Assembly (NCBI RefSeq): GCF_006345805.1
Contig: NC_043026.1
Span: 5,642,001-5,706,000 of the forward strand
DNA from: Octopus sinensis
Lineage: Eukaryota
Reading direction: 5' to 3'
DNA length: 64,000 nucleotides
Shown here: piece after piece, positions 50,847 through 62,809 of the stretch
Numbering within the stretch: position 1 is the stretch's first letter
How the letters are laid out: each line of letters begins with the position of its first letter
Notes under the pieces: generated by a model
Seen by the model: only the letters and a program-made list of their open reading frames with translations
What the model was told of the DNA's origin: nothing
Database searches by the model: none
Program-made: the position numbers and the translations under genes

Positions 50847-50889
<43 letters not shown>

Positions 50890-51312
50890 ATATATATATA
50901 TATTGTATGTATGTATGTATGTTAATTTATATATATATATATAAATATGTATGTATGTATGTATATATATTATATATATAATATGATAATATACATCTAT
51001 ATACATATATATGTATATATACAATATATATATATATATATACAGTAGAGGACACTTGCTCAGGATGCCATGCACAGGGGACTGAACACCATACCATGTG
51101 TTGGGAAGTAAACATCTTAACCACTCGGCCACTCTTGTACCTTTAAAAAAAAAAAAATGTCACACTAAATATTGTATTCCAAGGTGTATGTGTGTCCAGA
51201 AGTAAAACAGGATGATCACGGGTGCAGCGTTTGAGCCGGACTGACCTGGGGCTAAACAGCAACAGCAACAACAACAACAAAAACAATAACAATAACAACA
51301 GTGGCTACTCAC

Positions 51313-51426
51313 ATTGACAGCTCGGTTGAGTTCCTTGCAGTCATACGTTATAAAGGGGTCCAAAAGGGAGAGACACATGTCCTTGTAGTGACCGCTAAGG
51401 TCGGAATCAATGTCATCACGAAGCAC
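51313..51426 (-). CDS. Annexin exon (VLRDDIDSDLSGHYKDMCLSLLDPFITYDCKELNRAVN), repeat 1/2 junction
   Basis: tttccag| 114 nt |gtgagt, phase 0/0. Matches the DL..DL.SELSG.F...L...YD...L..A exon of annexins. Confidence 0.93.
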
Positions 51427-51664
51427 CTGGAAAAGAAGATGCGAGAAAAAGACAGGTAAGTACAGAACTTGACGTGGGGGTACCTGTGTGTATGGGGGAG
51501 GGTGTTTGTTTTACGTGTGTGTTTGTGTGTGAGGTGGGGATAGATACCCCTCCTTGAGTAATTATTAGTTCTGAGGGGTTCTACTCGCTCGGAAACATAT
51601 ATAGCCTGGATTTTACCTGCTCAATTCCTTCATTTGGATTTTATATATGTATATATATGTGTAT

Positions 51665-51697
<33 letters not shown>

Positions 51698-51830
51698 CAA
51701 ATAAAGGGTGAAATATAATTAATTTAATAAAATCAATAAATTTCACCTTGTAGTAATTTCGGTATAAGAAAGACCATATTCGGTACAATTTATAAAATTA
51801 TTAATTTTGTTGCACAAAAACACTTTATTA

Positions 51831-51876
<46 letters not shown>

Positions 51877-52057
51877 TGTAGGAGTGGCTGTGTGGTAAGT
51901 AGCTTGCTTACAACCCACATGGTTCTGGGTTCAATCCCTCTGCATGGCATCTTGGGCAAGTGCCTTCTACTATAGCCTCGGACTGACCAAAGCCTTGTGA
52001 GTGGATTTGGAAGACAGAAACTGAAAGAAGCCCATCGTATATATGTATGTATGTATG

Positions 52058-52112
<55 letters not shown>

Positions 52113-52241
52113 ATGTTTGTGTGTCTGTGTTTGTCCCTCCAGCATCGCTTGAAACCCAATGCTGGTGTGTTTACGTCCCCGTAACTTAGCAGTTCGGCAA
52201 AAGGAATATAATACACACATACTATCTATATATATATTAAT

Positions 52242-52275
<34 letters not shown>

Positions 52276-52822
52276 GTGTGTGTATGTATTGCACAGGCTA
52301 CACACTAACAAGGATGGACACGTAGACATTATAGTCCTAGATATACTATTCTCTTTTACTCTTTTACTTGTTTCAGTCATTTGACTGTGGCCATGCTGGA
52401 GCACCGCCTTTAGTCGAGCAAATTGACCCCCAGGACTGATTCTTTGTAAGCCTAGTACTTATTTCATCGGCCTCTTTTGCCAAACCGCTAAGTTACGGAG
52501 ATGTAAACACACCAGCATTGGTTGTCAAGCGATGTTGGGGGGACAAACACAGACACACAATCATACACACACACATACATATATACAACGGGATTCTTTC
52601 AGCCTCCGTCTACCAAATCCACTCACAAGGCTTTGTTCGTCCCGAGGCTAGAGTAGAAGACACTTGCCCAAGGTGTCATGCGGTCGGTAAGCAAGCTACT
52701 TAACACGCAGCCACTCCTGCGCCCTATGCAACTAAAAAAAAGAATCACCAGAGCTAACACAACGTGATCATTACTCTGCTGGACCAGGGCTGACCTGGGG
52801 CTAAATAGCAGGGACAACTTAC

Positions 52823-52914
52823 CCCAAGCCTTGCATTGTAACTCTTCTCAATCTCCTGCCTCTGTTCATTTGTGTGCTTGGTCAGAATCTCAATCAGTTT
52901 CCTGTCCTTCGTCC
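52823..52914 (-). CDS. Annexin exon (GTKDRKLIEILTKHTNEQRQEIEKSYNARLG), repeat 1
   Basis: tttttag| 92 nt |gtaagt, phase 1/0. Annexin GT....I..IL...N.QRQ.I...Y pattern. Confidence 0.92.
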
Positions 52915-53049
52915 CTAAAAAAAAACAAGGATAAAAAATGTCATATTAGATTTGGGGCTGATTAACAGTGAAGACATGTAGCTTAGTGGCTAGGGATCAG
53001 AAGTTTGTGAGTTCAATTCTTGGCAAGACACCTTATTTCTCATCGATGA

Positions 53050-53200
53050 GATCAAAACACTTTATTTCTCATTATTTACATTTGATGGATATTTGTCCTC
53101 GTCTTGTTTGTTGTTAACACAATGTTTCGGCTGATATACCCTCCAGTCTTCATCAGGTGTCTTGGGGAAATTTCCAACCTGGGTTCTCATTCCTAAGGTA
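53050..53200 (-). mobile_element. Penelope-like terminal fragment with a hammerhead-like motif (second partial copy at 53510-53620, +)
   Basis: Minus strand gacacCTGATGAagactggagggtatatcagccGAAAcattgtgtt. Confidence 0.55.
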
Positions 53201-53406
53201 TTTTTCTATTAGTATTATTATTCTATGTTTGACTTTTGCTTTACATTTGTACAATTTGGCTCCAAGTCTCACTCAGAGACCTCAAAAGACAACAAGTTGG
53301 AAGTTCATGTTGGTGTTATGCCTAGGGTGCCATATATTTGGTTTTGTACTTAGTGTTGTACTAGAGAATGTCTAAAAAAACCATACGAAAATTATGTTTG
53401 TTTATT

Positions 53407-53445
<39 letters not shown>

Positions 53446-53880
53446 CAGGTCACAGCCTGGAATTGAACTTGGAATCTTGGGGTTAGTAGCCCACGCTCTT
53501 AACCACTACGCTGGAGGGGTATATCAGCCGAAATGTTGTGTTAACAATATACAAGATTAGGACAAATATCTGTCTAATGTAAATAATGTAAATAATTCCT
53601 CATCTCTTAAATATAGAACTTTATTTCTCATTGCTCGAGTCCACTCAGCTGGCAAAAATGAGTTGTGCATGTAGGGCAATGGCCAGCATTGTCATACTTG
53701 GATTGTCTTGCTGAATCTTCCTGTGTCTATGAGGTGGTTACTTGTTAATTTCACAAGCAGGCTGTTCTGATGATTAAACCATCTGGAACACATGTCATCA
53801 TCACAGACATAAAATCAGACCAAGAGTAACAATATGAACTTTATGTGGCAGTCTGTGTTTTTATGGAGAGAGAGAGAGAG

Positions 53881-53934
<54 letters not shown>

Positions 53935-54014
53935 CTATTTTTCTTAAGGTTTAATTTGAGTCCTTCTGGTGAGAGTTCAAGCTGGTCACTAACAAAGCAA
54001 TGAGACTGTTTGAG

Positions 54015-54496
54015 TTAACCCTTCCATGACTGTATTTCTGTTGAGATGCTCTGTGTTTCTTTCAATTAATTTTAAATATAACAAAGAATTTAGTAAAATA
54101 ACTTAGTTATCATTCAGCTAGAGTTAGGAACATAAATTGTGACTAAGGTTTGGTGGAAGATTTTAATTCAGAACTTATGAAAACAAGACATTTGTACTAC
54201 AGAGCCAGGAGTGGTTTCAACCAGGTTGGTATCAAAAGGGTTAAGAATTGTTTCTCTATTATATATTTTAACCCTCTTGTTACCATACTTCTGTTGAGAT
54301 GCTCTGAGTTTCTTTCAATTAATTGTAAATATAACAAAGAATTTAGTAAAATAACTTAGTTATCATTCAGCTAGTGTTAGGAACATAAATTGTGACTAAG
54401 GTTTGGTGGAAAATTTTAATTCAAAACTTATGAAAACAAGACATTTGTACTCAGAGCCAGAGGTGGTTTCAACCAGGTTGGTATCAAAAGGGTTAA
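54015..54496. mobile_element. Two adjacent about 230-bp piggyBac-type MITEs
   Basis: TTAA-CCCT...AAGGG-TTAA at 54015-54244 and 54268-54496, near-identical internally. An inverted fragment lies at about 35684-35790. Confidence 0.75.
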
Positions 54497-54619
54497 ATAT
54501 AACAAAGAATTTAATAAAATAACTTAGTTACATATACACATACATATATAAACACACACACACATGCATATATACACCATACTGCAGCAACAGCAACAAC
54601 AACCATAGCAGTAACGTAC

Positions 54620-54695
54620 CAAGTCCTTTCATAGTCTTTTGTAGCCTGTCAGCACAGTCATCAGCATTGAAGTTTGGGTCTGCTATGATGGTACC
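54620..54695 (-). CDS. Annexin exon (GTIIADPNFNADDCADRLQKTMKGL-G), start of repeat 1
   Basis: cttccag| 76 nt G|gtacgt. Typical annexin GT...F.A..DA..L..AMKG.G motif. Confidence 0.92.
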
Positions 54696-54827
54696 CTGGA
54701 AGATGGGAAAAAAAAATCTGTTGTTAGTGTCTTGGGGACGGAGCCTACAACCACCACCACCACCACCACAATCAACATCACCATTATCACAATCACCACC
54801 ACCAATACCACCATCACCACCACAAAC

Positions 54828-54886
54828 TTCTTCAAACTGTGGAGACAGAATTCCATTATGGTCAGTTTGACTGGACATAGACTCAT
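54828..54886 (-). CDS. Annexin probable first coding exon (ATG at 54878: MSSQTDHNGILSPQFEE)
   Basis: Minus strand atgcag| ... GAA|gtttgt. The 17 codons from ATG join GTII of the next exon in phase 0. Donor is weak and there is no homology support. Confidence 0.5.
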
Positions 54887-54965
54887 CTGCATATAAATAC
54901 ATTAATGCTCAATGCTTTCTAGTGGGCATTTTTGTGGTGTGGGGGAGGAATATATGATACATTGA

Positions 54966-55007
<42 letters not shown>

Positions 55008-55367
55008 CGGAGATGTACTTGCATAGCAAGTGATTTGATCTGAGATCATGTGCTGGAACGAAAACAATTGCAGTGTGGAAGGTGTTTGTAAGCCATTCAA
55101 GAAACACACAGCAGCACGGATTTTTATAAACCTTATTCAACATGGATCTTTGTCAGTGAACAGGTTGCGGTCTTAAAGCGACGAAAATATTTTGACAAAT
55201 TAAACTTAAATGTTGAAGTGAATCGAACGGCTTTTGTGTGTTTCTTAAATGGCTTACAAACACCTTCCACACTGCAATTGTTATATATATATATATAACA
55301 TGCTAGCATGGAGAACGGACGTTAAACGACGATGATGATGATGATGATGATAAATATATATATATTA

Positions 55368-55840
55368 TATTTCGGAATGGTCATATTGCCAGTTTAGCCA
55401 ATAAAAACACACGCACTATATATTTGATGTTATTTTGCTTCAGTGCTATTTATTTTTTACATTAATCTTAATCTTATTTCGGCCAGAGTTCTTTCATCAC
55501 ACTCCTGTGACCGCATCAGTGGTCCTTTGTTTTCTTCTTTCTTATTTTAGTAGTGTTGACACCGCTAAATAAACATAGACGCACATAGAGATATACGCAT
55601 GCGCAAATGAAGACATACAATAGAAATACAAAATGGCTGATGGTTAGTAAAGAGAGACACAAATAAGAAAGAAGAAAACAAAGGACCACTGATGCGGTCA
55701 AAGGAGTGAGACGAAAGAACTCTGGCCGAAATAAGATTAAGATTAATGTAAAAAATAAATAACACTGAAGCAAAGTAACACCAAATATATAGTGTGTGTG
55801 TTTTTATTGGCTAAACTGGCAAAATGACCATTCCGAAATA
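55368..55840. repeat. Foldback/MITE-like element with about 180-bp inverted arms and an about 113-bp spacer
   Basis: tatttcggaatggtcatattgccagtttagccaataaaaac... pairs with ...gtttttattggctaaactggcaaaatgaccattccgaaata. Confidence 0.9.
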
Positions 55841-55895
55841 CACAATATCCGTTTCAACACACACGCCGACTTCACATAAAAAATCTTGCACAACA

Positions 55896-55955
<60 letters not shown>

Positions 55956-56301
55956 AAAAGGATGTGTTATTAAATTTATTCCACAGACATTCCAACAATC
56001 CAATAACGCAGTTCTACATATACAAAAACAGCCATACCAACAATCCAACATACCTCCATCATCAGCTGCCACACAGATATCATTATGGTTTCGACACCTG
56101 GGCAGTAGCATTCAATCCAGCAGTGTCAACACCACTAAAATAAGTGTTGTTTGGGAACAAACAAACCAAAGAAACCACAACTTTCAAACACATTTACCCT
56201 ATGTATAAACGTATCGATAAATAAATTCAATAAGTAATGTCTAACAGGTGATGCATAATACCTCTGGATCCACTCCATTTTCTTCTTGCCATATATATAT
56301 A

Positions 56302-56705
56302 TAAAATTATAATTTAGGGTATCTAAGAGATACCTATTTCTTTACAACCCACAAGGAGATAAACACAGAGAGGACAAACAAGGTCAGACACATGGATTAA
56401 GTCGATTATATCAACCCTAGTGCACAACTGGTACTTATTTAATCGACCCCGAAAGGATGAAAGGCAAAGTCGACCTCGGCGGAATTTGAACTCAGAACGT
56501 AACGGCAGCCGAAATACAGCTACGCACTTCGCCCGGCATGCTAACAATTCTGCTAGCTCGCGGCCTTAGACCGAGATACCATCACGCTGGAAATAGCAGT
56601 CAAAACTTGACTCTAAAACCACATTAAATGTGGTTTTTAGAGTCAAGTTTTGACTGCTACTTCCAGCGTGGTGGTATCTCTTAGATACTCTAAATTATAA
56701 TTTTA
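56302..56705. repeat. Palindromic element interrupted by a SINE A insertion with an 8-bp target-site duplication
   Basis: GAGATACC at 56327-56334 and 56573-56580 flank the SINE. With the SINE removed, the element folds around accacatt/aaatgtggt. Confidence 0.85.
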
Positions 56706-56748
56706 ATAATAAATATTACCTTCTTACCACCCCCAGCACACTTCCCCT

Positions 56749-56799
<51 letters not shown>

Positions 56800-57190
56800 T
56801 ATATATATGCATGTGTGTGTATGCATGCATGCAGATATGTATGGATGGATGTATATGTATGCATGGATATGTGAAAGCTTGCACACACAATAAAAACAGA
56901 TGAAGGATTTTCTCACACTGGCTGCATGTTCAAACACAAATCAATCAACCGATCAATAGATCAATAACAGCTGTCACACGCAGAACGAGCTATAAAGACA
57001 AGGACAAGCTGTCAACACAACCTTAAGACCACAGAGAGCGTACAGACCCTTGGTCTATGCTTAAGAAGCACAACGGTTAATAATCCATACTACTACATAA
57101 TGTGGTGAAAAAACATGACCAAATGAGTCAGCCTAACGCATAGATTGATGTGTTTGTGTGTGTGTATGAACGAAGTGAATTTTATATACA

Positions 57191-57704
57191 TCTCTCTCTA
57201 TATAAACGGCAGTTTGTCTGTCTGTGTGTCTGTCAGGTTGTACCCTCACCCTGACCACGGCTTTCAACCGATTCTGATGAAACTTGACACACACATAGCC
57301 CAATGTCATAATTCAAAACTAACGCAGCGAAAATTTTGAAAAGTTCCCCCAGTTCTGAAAAGAATCGATAAATTCGACATGGGGGTCGAGAATCTAAGCT
57401 TTTTATTTGCAACACATTTTCTGTTGTAGTTTTCGCAACTTGCAATCGATTTTCACCAAACTCATGGTGAAGCTTAATGTTACCCTAAGAAACTTAATTC
57501 TGATGTTACTTTTCCATGCAATACCTTACCATCAGAAAAAAATCGATAAAATCATGCCATTTTGGGAAATCGCGTTCAAATTCAAGATGACATATTTTCG
57601 ACAATATCTTTCACAAATTGGCAGGAATTTCTAAATTCACAGCGAGCATCATGTCTGCTCCAGGGGCTCTTACATACCCGGGCAATGCCGGGCTATGCTG
57701 CTAA
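57191..57704 (+). mobile_element. Non-autonomous Helitron-like element
   Basis: Starts TCTCTCTCTATATAAACGGC; ends cccgggcaatgccggg-ctatgctg-CTAA. Confidence 0.65.
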
Positions 57705-57824
57705 TTGATTAATAAATTCATTGATCTGTTAATATTTGAGTGTTCTGTAGTAGTAGCCTATTGTATGCTGGATGTTAATGAACTAATGACCATGATCAAC
57801 AGGATCCCTTTAAATTTATATATA

Positions 57825-58020
57825 TGTGACCGCGTGTGTACCGTTGGTGATTTTTTTTCCTCTGACCTCCCTTCTCTGGATCTTTCCTTCTCCTATGTTT
57901 CCGACGAAGAGCTCTGCTCGAAACGTTAAACCGTCCTTCTTTCCTGAGCATCCAATAATACTATATTTGTTCCACGTCCTCGCGTTGTTGTGTTTTTTTG
58001 TGCTTTCTTGTTTGGATTAA
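57825..58020 (+). mobile_element. Penelope-like terminal repeat fragment with a minimal hammerhead-like motif
   Basis: gtttCCGACGA-A-GAGCtctGCTC-GAAACGTT-aaac at 57897-57931. Confidence 0.6.
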
Positions 58021-58645
58021 CTTTATATCATCATCATCATCATCATCGTTTAACGTCCGTTCTCCATGCTAGCATGGGTTGGACGGTTCAACCGGGGATC
58101 TGGGAAGCCAGAAGGCTGCACCAGACTCCAGTCTTATCTGGCAATGTTTCTACAGCTGGATGCCCTTCCTAACGCCAACCACTATGTGAGTGTAGTGGGT
58201 GCTTTTTACGTGCCACCTGCACAGGTGCCAGGCAAGGCTGGCAACGGCCACGGTCGGATTGGTGTATTTTACGTGCCACGGGTACGGAGGCCAGTCGAGG
58301 CGGCGCTGGCATCGGCCACGAGTCGGATAGTGCTTTTTACGTACCACCAGACCAGGGATCCTGGCTGGTTCAATTCGATTTCGATTATATATATATAAAT
58401 TAGAAAAAAACCCACCTTTTGTCAATTCAATAAGGAAAAAATTTTCTAGATGGTGTAATTTAATTTTTCATTATTGAATTGATAAAAGGTAGGTTTTTTT
58501 CTAATTTATATATATATATATATATTATATTTTGTAAAATTTGATTTAGTATTTCTAAATTGAATTTTTCCCTGTAAGTTTGGAATAATATTCCCATATT
58601 TGATTATTACATATACATATATATATATATACATATTACATATAT

Positions 58646-58699
<54 letters not shown>

Positions 58700-59084
58700 G
58701 TGGCGGCGCAATGGCGCAGTGGTTAGGGTAGCAGTCTCACGATTGTAGGATCGCAGTTTCGATTCCCAGACCGGGCGTTGTGAGTGTTTATTGAGCGAAA
58801 ACAACTAAAGCTCCACGAGGCTCTGGCAGGGGGTGGTGGCAATCCCTGCTGTACTCTTTCACCACAACTTTCTCTCACTCTTTCTTCTGTTGGCCTGCCA
58901 GCTTAGCCAGCGGGGTGGCGTCATTTGAAGGCTAAAACAATGCGTGGTCGGTCACGGTGACGGTGATATATATATATATACACACAAACATATATGTATA
59001 TAAATTAGAGAAGAACCACCATGTAGCAATTCAACAATGATATGATTAAATCATACCATATAGGAAAAAACTGAATATACGATA

Positions 59085-60115
59085 AAAGAATTGGTGGTAG
59101 TGCTGATGGTGGTGGTGGTAATAGTAAAGACAGTATTGGTGGTGTGTGGCAGTAGTGGTGTTAGTAAAATGAAAATGGTGATAGTGGTGGAGAGGCTGGT
59201 AGTGACTGTGGTGGTGATGGTGGTGTACAAGCTACACCAGAATTGTACGGGTCAACCAACGTTCATCATCATCATCATCAACACCACCACTGCCAACATC
59301 ACTACAACCAGCAGCAGCAAACATCAACATCACCATCACCAGCAGCAGTATCAACACCAGCACCACCACCACCACTGCTACCACCAGCCTCAACACCACC
59401 ACTGTCATTACCATTACCACTACTACCAACACCACCACTGCCATCACCACCTCTGCTACAATCAGCACCACAACCACTACCACCAACATCACAACCACTA
59501 CCACCACCACCACCAACAGCATCAACACCACTACTGCCATCACCACCTCCACCACAACCACTACCAGCACCACTGCCACCACCATCAACACTACCACTGC
59601 CATCATCACCTCTGCTACAACCACTACCACCACCAACATCACCATTACCACCTCCACCACAACCACTACCACCACCATCACCATCACCATCACCATCACC
59701 ACCACCACCACCAACATCACCACTGCCACCACCACCATCAACACTACCACTGCCATCACCACCTCCGCCACAAGCACTACCACCACCAAAACCACCACCA
59801 CCACCACCACCACCAACATCACCATCACCACTGCCATCACTACCACCACCACCACCATCAACACTACCACTGCCATCACCACCTCCACCACAACTACTAC
59901 CACCACCACCAACATCACCATCACCACCACCACCACCAGCATCAACACTACCACTGCCATCACCACCTCCGCCACAAGCACTACCACCACCACCAACATT
60001 ACCACCACCACCAACAACTTCACCATCACCATTGCTATCACTACCACCACCACCAGCATCAACACCACCACTGCCACCACCACCACCACCACTACCACCA
60101 GCACCATCAATCATC
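59085..60115. repeat. GGT-rich then (CAC/CAT)n low-complexity tract
   Basis: Directly visible; produces the His/Pro/Val/Gly-rich pseudo-ORFs. Confidence 0.92.
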
Positions 60116-62768
60116 AGTAATAATCGAATGTCCAGTAGGCAGGAGTAAGTGTGAAAAATAAATTAACATAAATTATTGGACATGACCTAATTGTTTCCAG
60201 GAATGTGGGTCACATTCTCTTCCCTTTCTCTCCCTCTCTCTCTCTCTCTCTCCCTCTCTCTCGTTATTTCATAGCTTCATGATTTCAATGTTCTGTTATA
60301 TCAATCTTTTACTTGCTTCAGTCATTTGACTGTGGCCATGCTGGAGCACCGCCTTAAAGTGGTATTTATATACAGTTGCCCCTGTTTCATCTACTCCGAA
60401 ACAGGGACAACTGAAGAAGGGGAATATTCTTTATGTTGCATGTCTCATATCTCTGTTTGTTTTTTCATTACTCTTTTACTTGTTTCAGTCATTTGACTGT
60501 GGCCATGCTGGAGCACTGCCTTTAGTCGAGCAAATCGACCCCGGAACTTATTCTTTTGTAAGCCCGGTACTTATTCTATCGGTCTCTTTTACTTGTTTCA
60601 GTCATTTGACTGTGGCCATGCTGGAGCACCGCCTTTAGTCGAGCAAATCGACTCCGTGACTTATTCTTTGTAAGCCCAGTACTTATTCTATCGGTCTCTT
60701 TTGCCGAACCACTAGTGACGGGGACGTAAACACACCAGCATCAGGGTGTCCATAAATTACCTTTACAATTTGAAACATACAGTGAAACATCATCATCATC
60801 ATTGTTTAATACTCTTCTACGCTTTTACTTGTTTCAGTCATATGACTGTGGCCATGCTGGAGCACCGCCTTTTAGCAATGCTAGGGGGACAAACACACAA
60901 ACACACACACATACACACACACACATATATATACATATATATACGACGGGCTTCTTTCAGTTTCCGTTTACCAAATCAACTCACAAGGCTTTGGTCAGCC
61001 CGAGGCTATAGCAGAAGACACTTGCCCAAGGTGCCACGCAGTGGGACTGAACCCAGAACCATGTGGTTGGTAAGCAAGCTACTTACCACACAGCCACTCC
61101 TGCGCCTGTATATGTATACATGACAGGCTTCTTTCAGTTTCTGTCTACCAAATCCACTCACAAGGCATTGGTCGGTCCGGGGCTATAGTAGAAGACAGTT
61201 GCCCAAGATGCCACGCAGTGGGACTGAACCCGGAACCATGTGGTTGGTTAGCAAGCTACTTACCACACAGCCACTCCTGCGCCATTCTTAAAAAAAAATT
61301 TGTTTTCCATGTCTTTGTTTTTGTTTCTCATTGTGTTCAAAGTTTTTTTGATGTCCTGTCCCCATAAGTGCCTGTATATATACATATACATGTAGGTGTG
61401 TACATATATGTATGTATATATGCATATATTTATACACTATTTATATTATTATATGATCAAACACCAGGCATCCTTTTCCAAGTAGTTTTATCTATATCTA
61501 TATATATATATATACACGTAAAGTATACTAGCCATCTCAATATGGCTAACCACTAAGGGTGGGTGTTACTGTAGCTTGTAGCCCCAGGAGATCATCGTCT
61601 CCAGCTGGCTTTAGGCACACTTTCTGTGCCCTTATAGTAATATTGATATGGCTAGCATACTTTACATTGTCGAGCGGTTACTGTTTACATCTCGTTCAGA
61701 GATTTATTATTGCTATATATAATAAATATATATATATTATATATATATATATATAATATATATATATTATATTAAATTAGAGATAAAACCACTATAAAAC
61801 CACTGTAAGTTTGGATTTATTCCCTAATATTTTATTATATATATTATATGCATACATATATATATATAATATATACATATATATACACATATATATCTAC
61901 ACATATATACACACACACACTCACTCACACACACAAAGGGCAATTTTTAAGCCTTTATGTAATTTTAGATGTAGAATACATGAAAATAAAGATAAAAATG
62001 AAGAAAACAAAAAAAAAAAACCAGTGACAGAATTTCTGACATCCTTGAAATTCCAGAGAGAGAGAGTTCAGTGGTTTGTGTAAACAAAACTGAGATGACT
62101 AACTATTCTGAGAGTCTAGAGCAGAACCAAAAATCTAGGTTTTTTTTTTAGGGGCCCAGCACCAAAAAAAAGTAAAACACAAGTCAATTGAAAAAGGATT
62201 TATTATATTTATAGCAGGAAGACCATTGGGGGTTGTTTGAAGGATGCTTGAGGGCTGCTTGTGTCCCTGGGAGAGACGGTTGAGAAGTGCTGGCGTAGAC
62301 ATCAGGGTGTCCACAAATTATCTTTACAATTTGAAACATTCAGTGAAACATCATCATCATCATCATTTAATACTCTTTTACTTGCTTCAGTCATTTGACT
62401 GTGGCCATGCTGGAGCACCGCCTTTTAGTCGAGCAAAGTGACCTCAGGACTTGTTCTTTGTAAGCCTAGTACTTATTCTATCGGTCTCTCTTGCTGAACC
62501 GCTAAGTAACGGGAACATAAACACACCAGCATCGGTTGTCAAGCAATGCTAGGGGGACAAACACAGACGCACAAACACACACACATATATATATATACAT
62601 ATATACGACGGGCTTCTTTCAGTTTCCGTCTACCAAATCCACTCACAAGGCTTTGGTTCGCCCGAGACTATAGTAGAAGACACTTGCCTGAGGTGCCACG
62701 CAATGGGACTGAACCCGGAACCATGTGGTTGGTAAACAAGCTACTTACCACACAGCTACTCCTGCACC

Positions 62769-62809
<41 letters not shown>

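Noticed and set aside
58388-58515. Short AT-rich inverted repeat
   Set aside because: Real but small (about 45-bp arms), embedded in (TA)n; looks like an ordinary AT-rich MITE relic.
59091-60161. 356-aa His-rich ORF and overlapping Pro/Val/Gly-rich ORFs
   Set aside because: (CAC/CAT)n low-complexity DNA is open in several frames on both strands because it cannot easily form stops. No splice or homology support.
62215-62305. GC-richer unique island tested as the next RICTOR exon or an annexin 5' exon
   Set aside because: No frame resembles RICTOR or annexin, and there are no credible splice donors.
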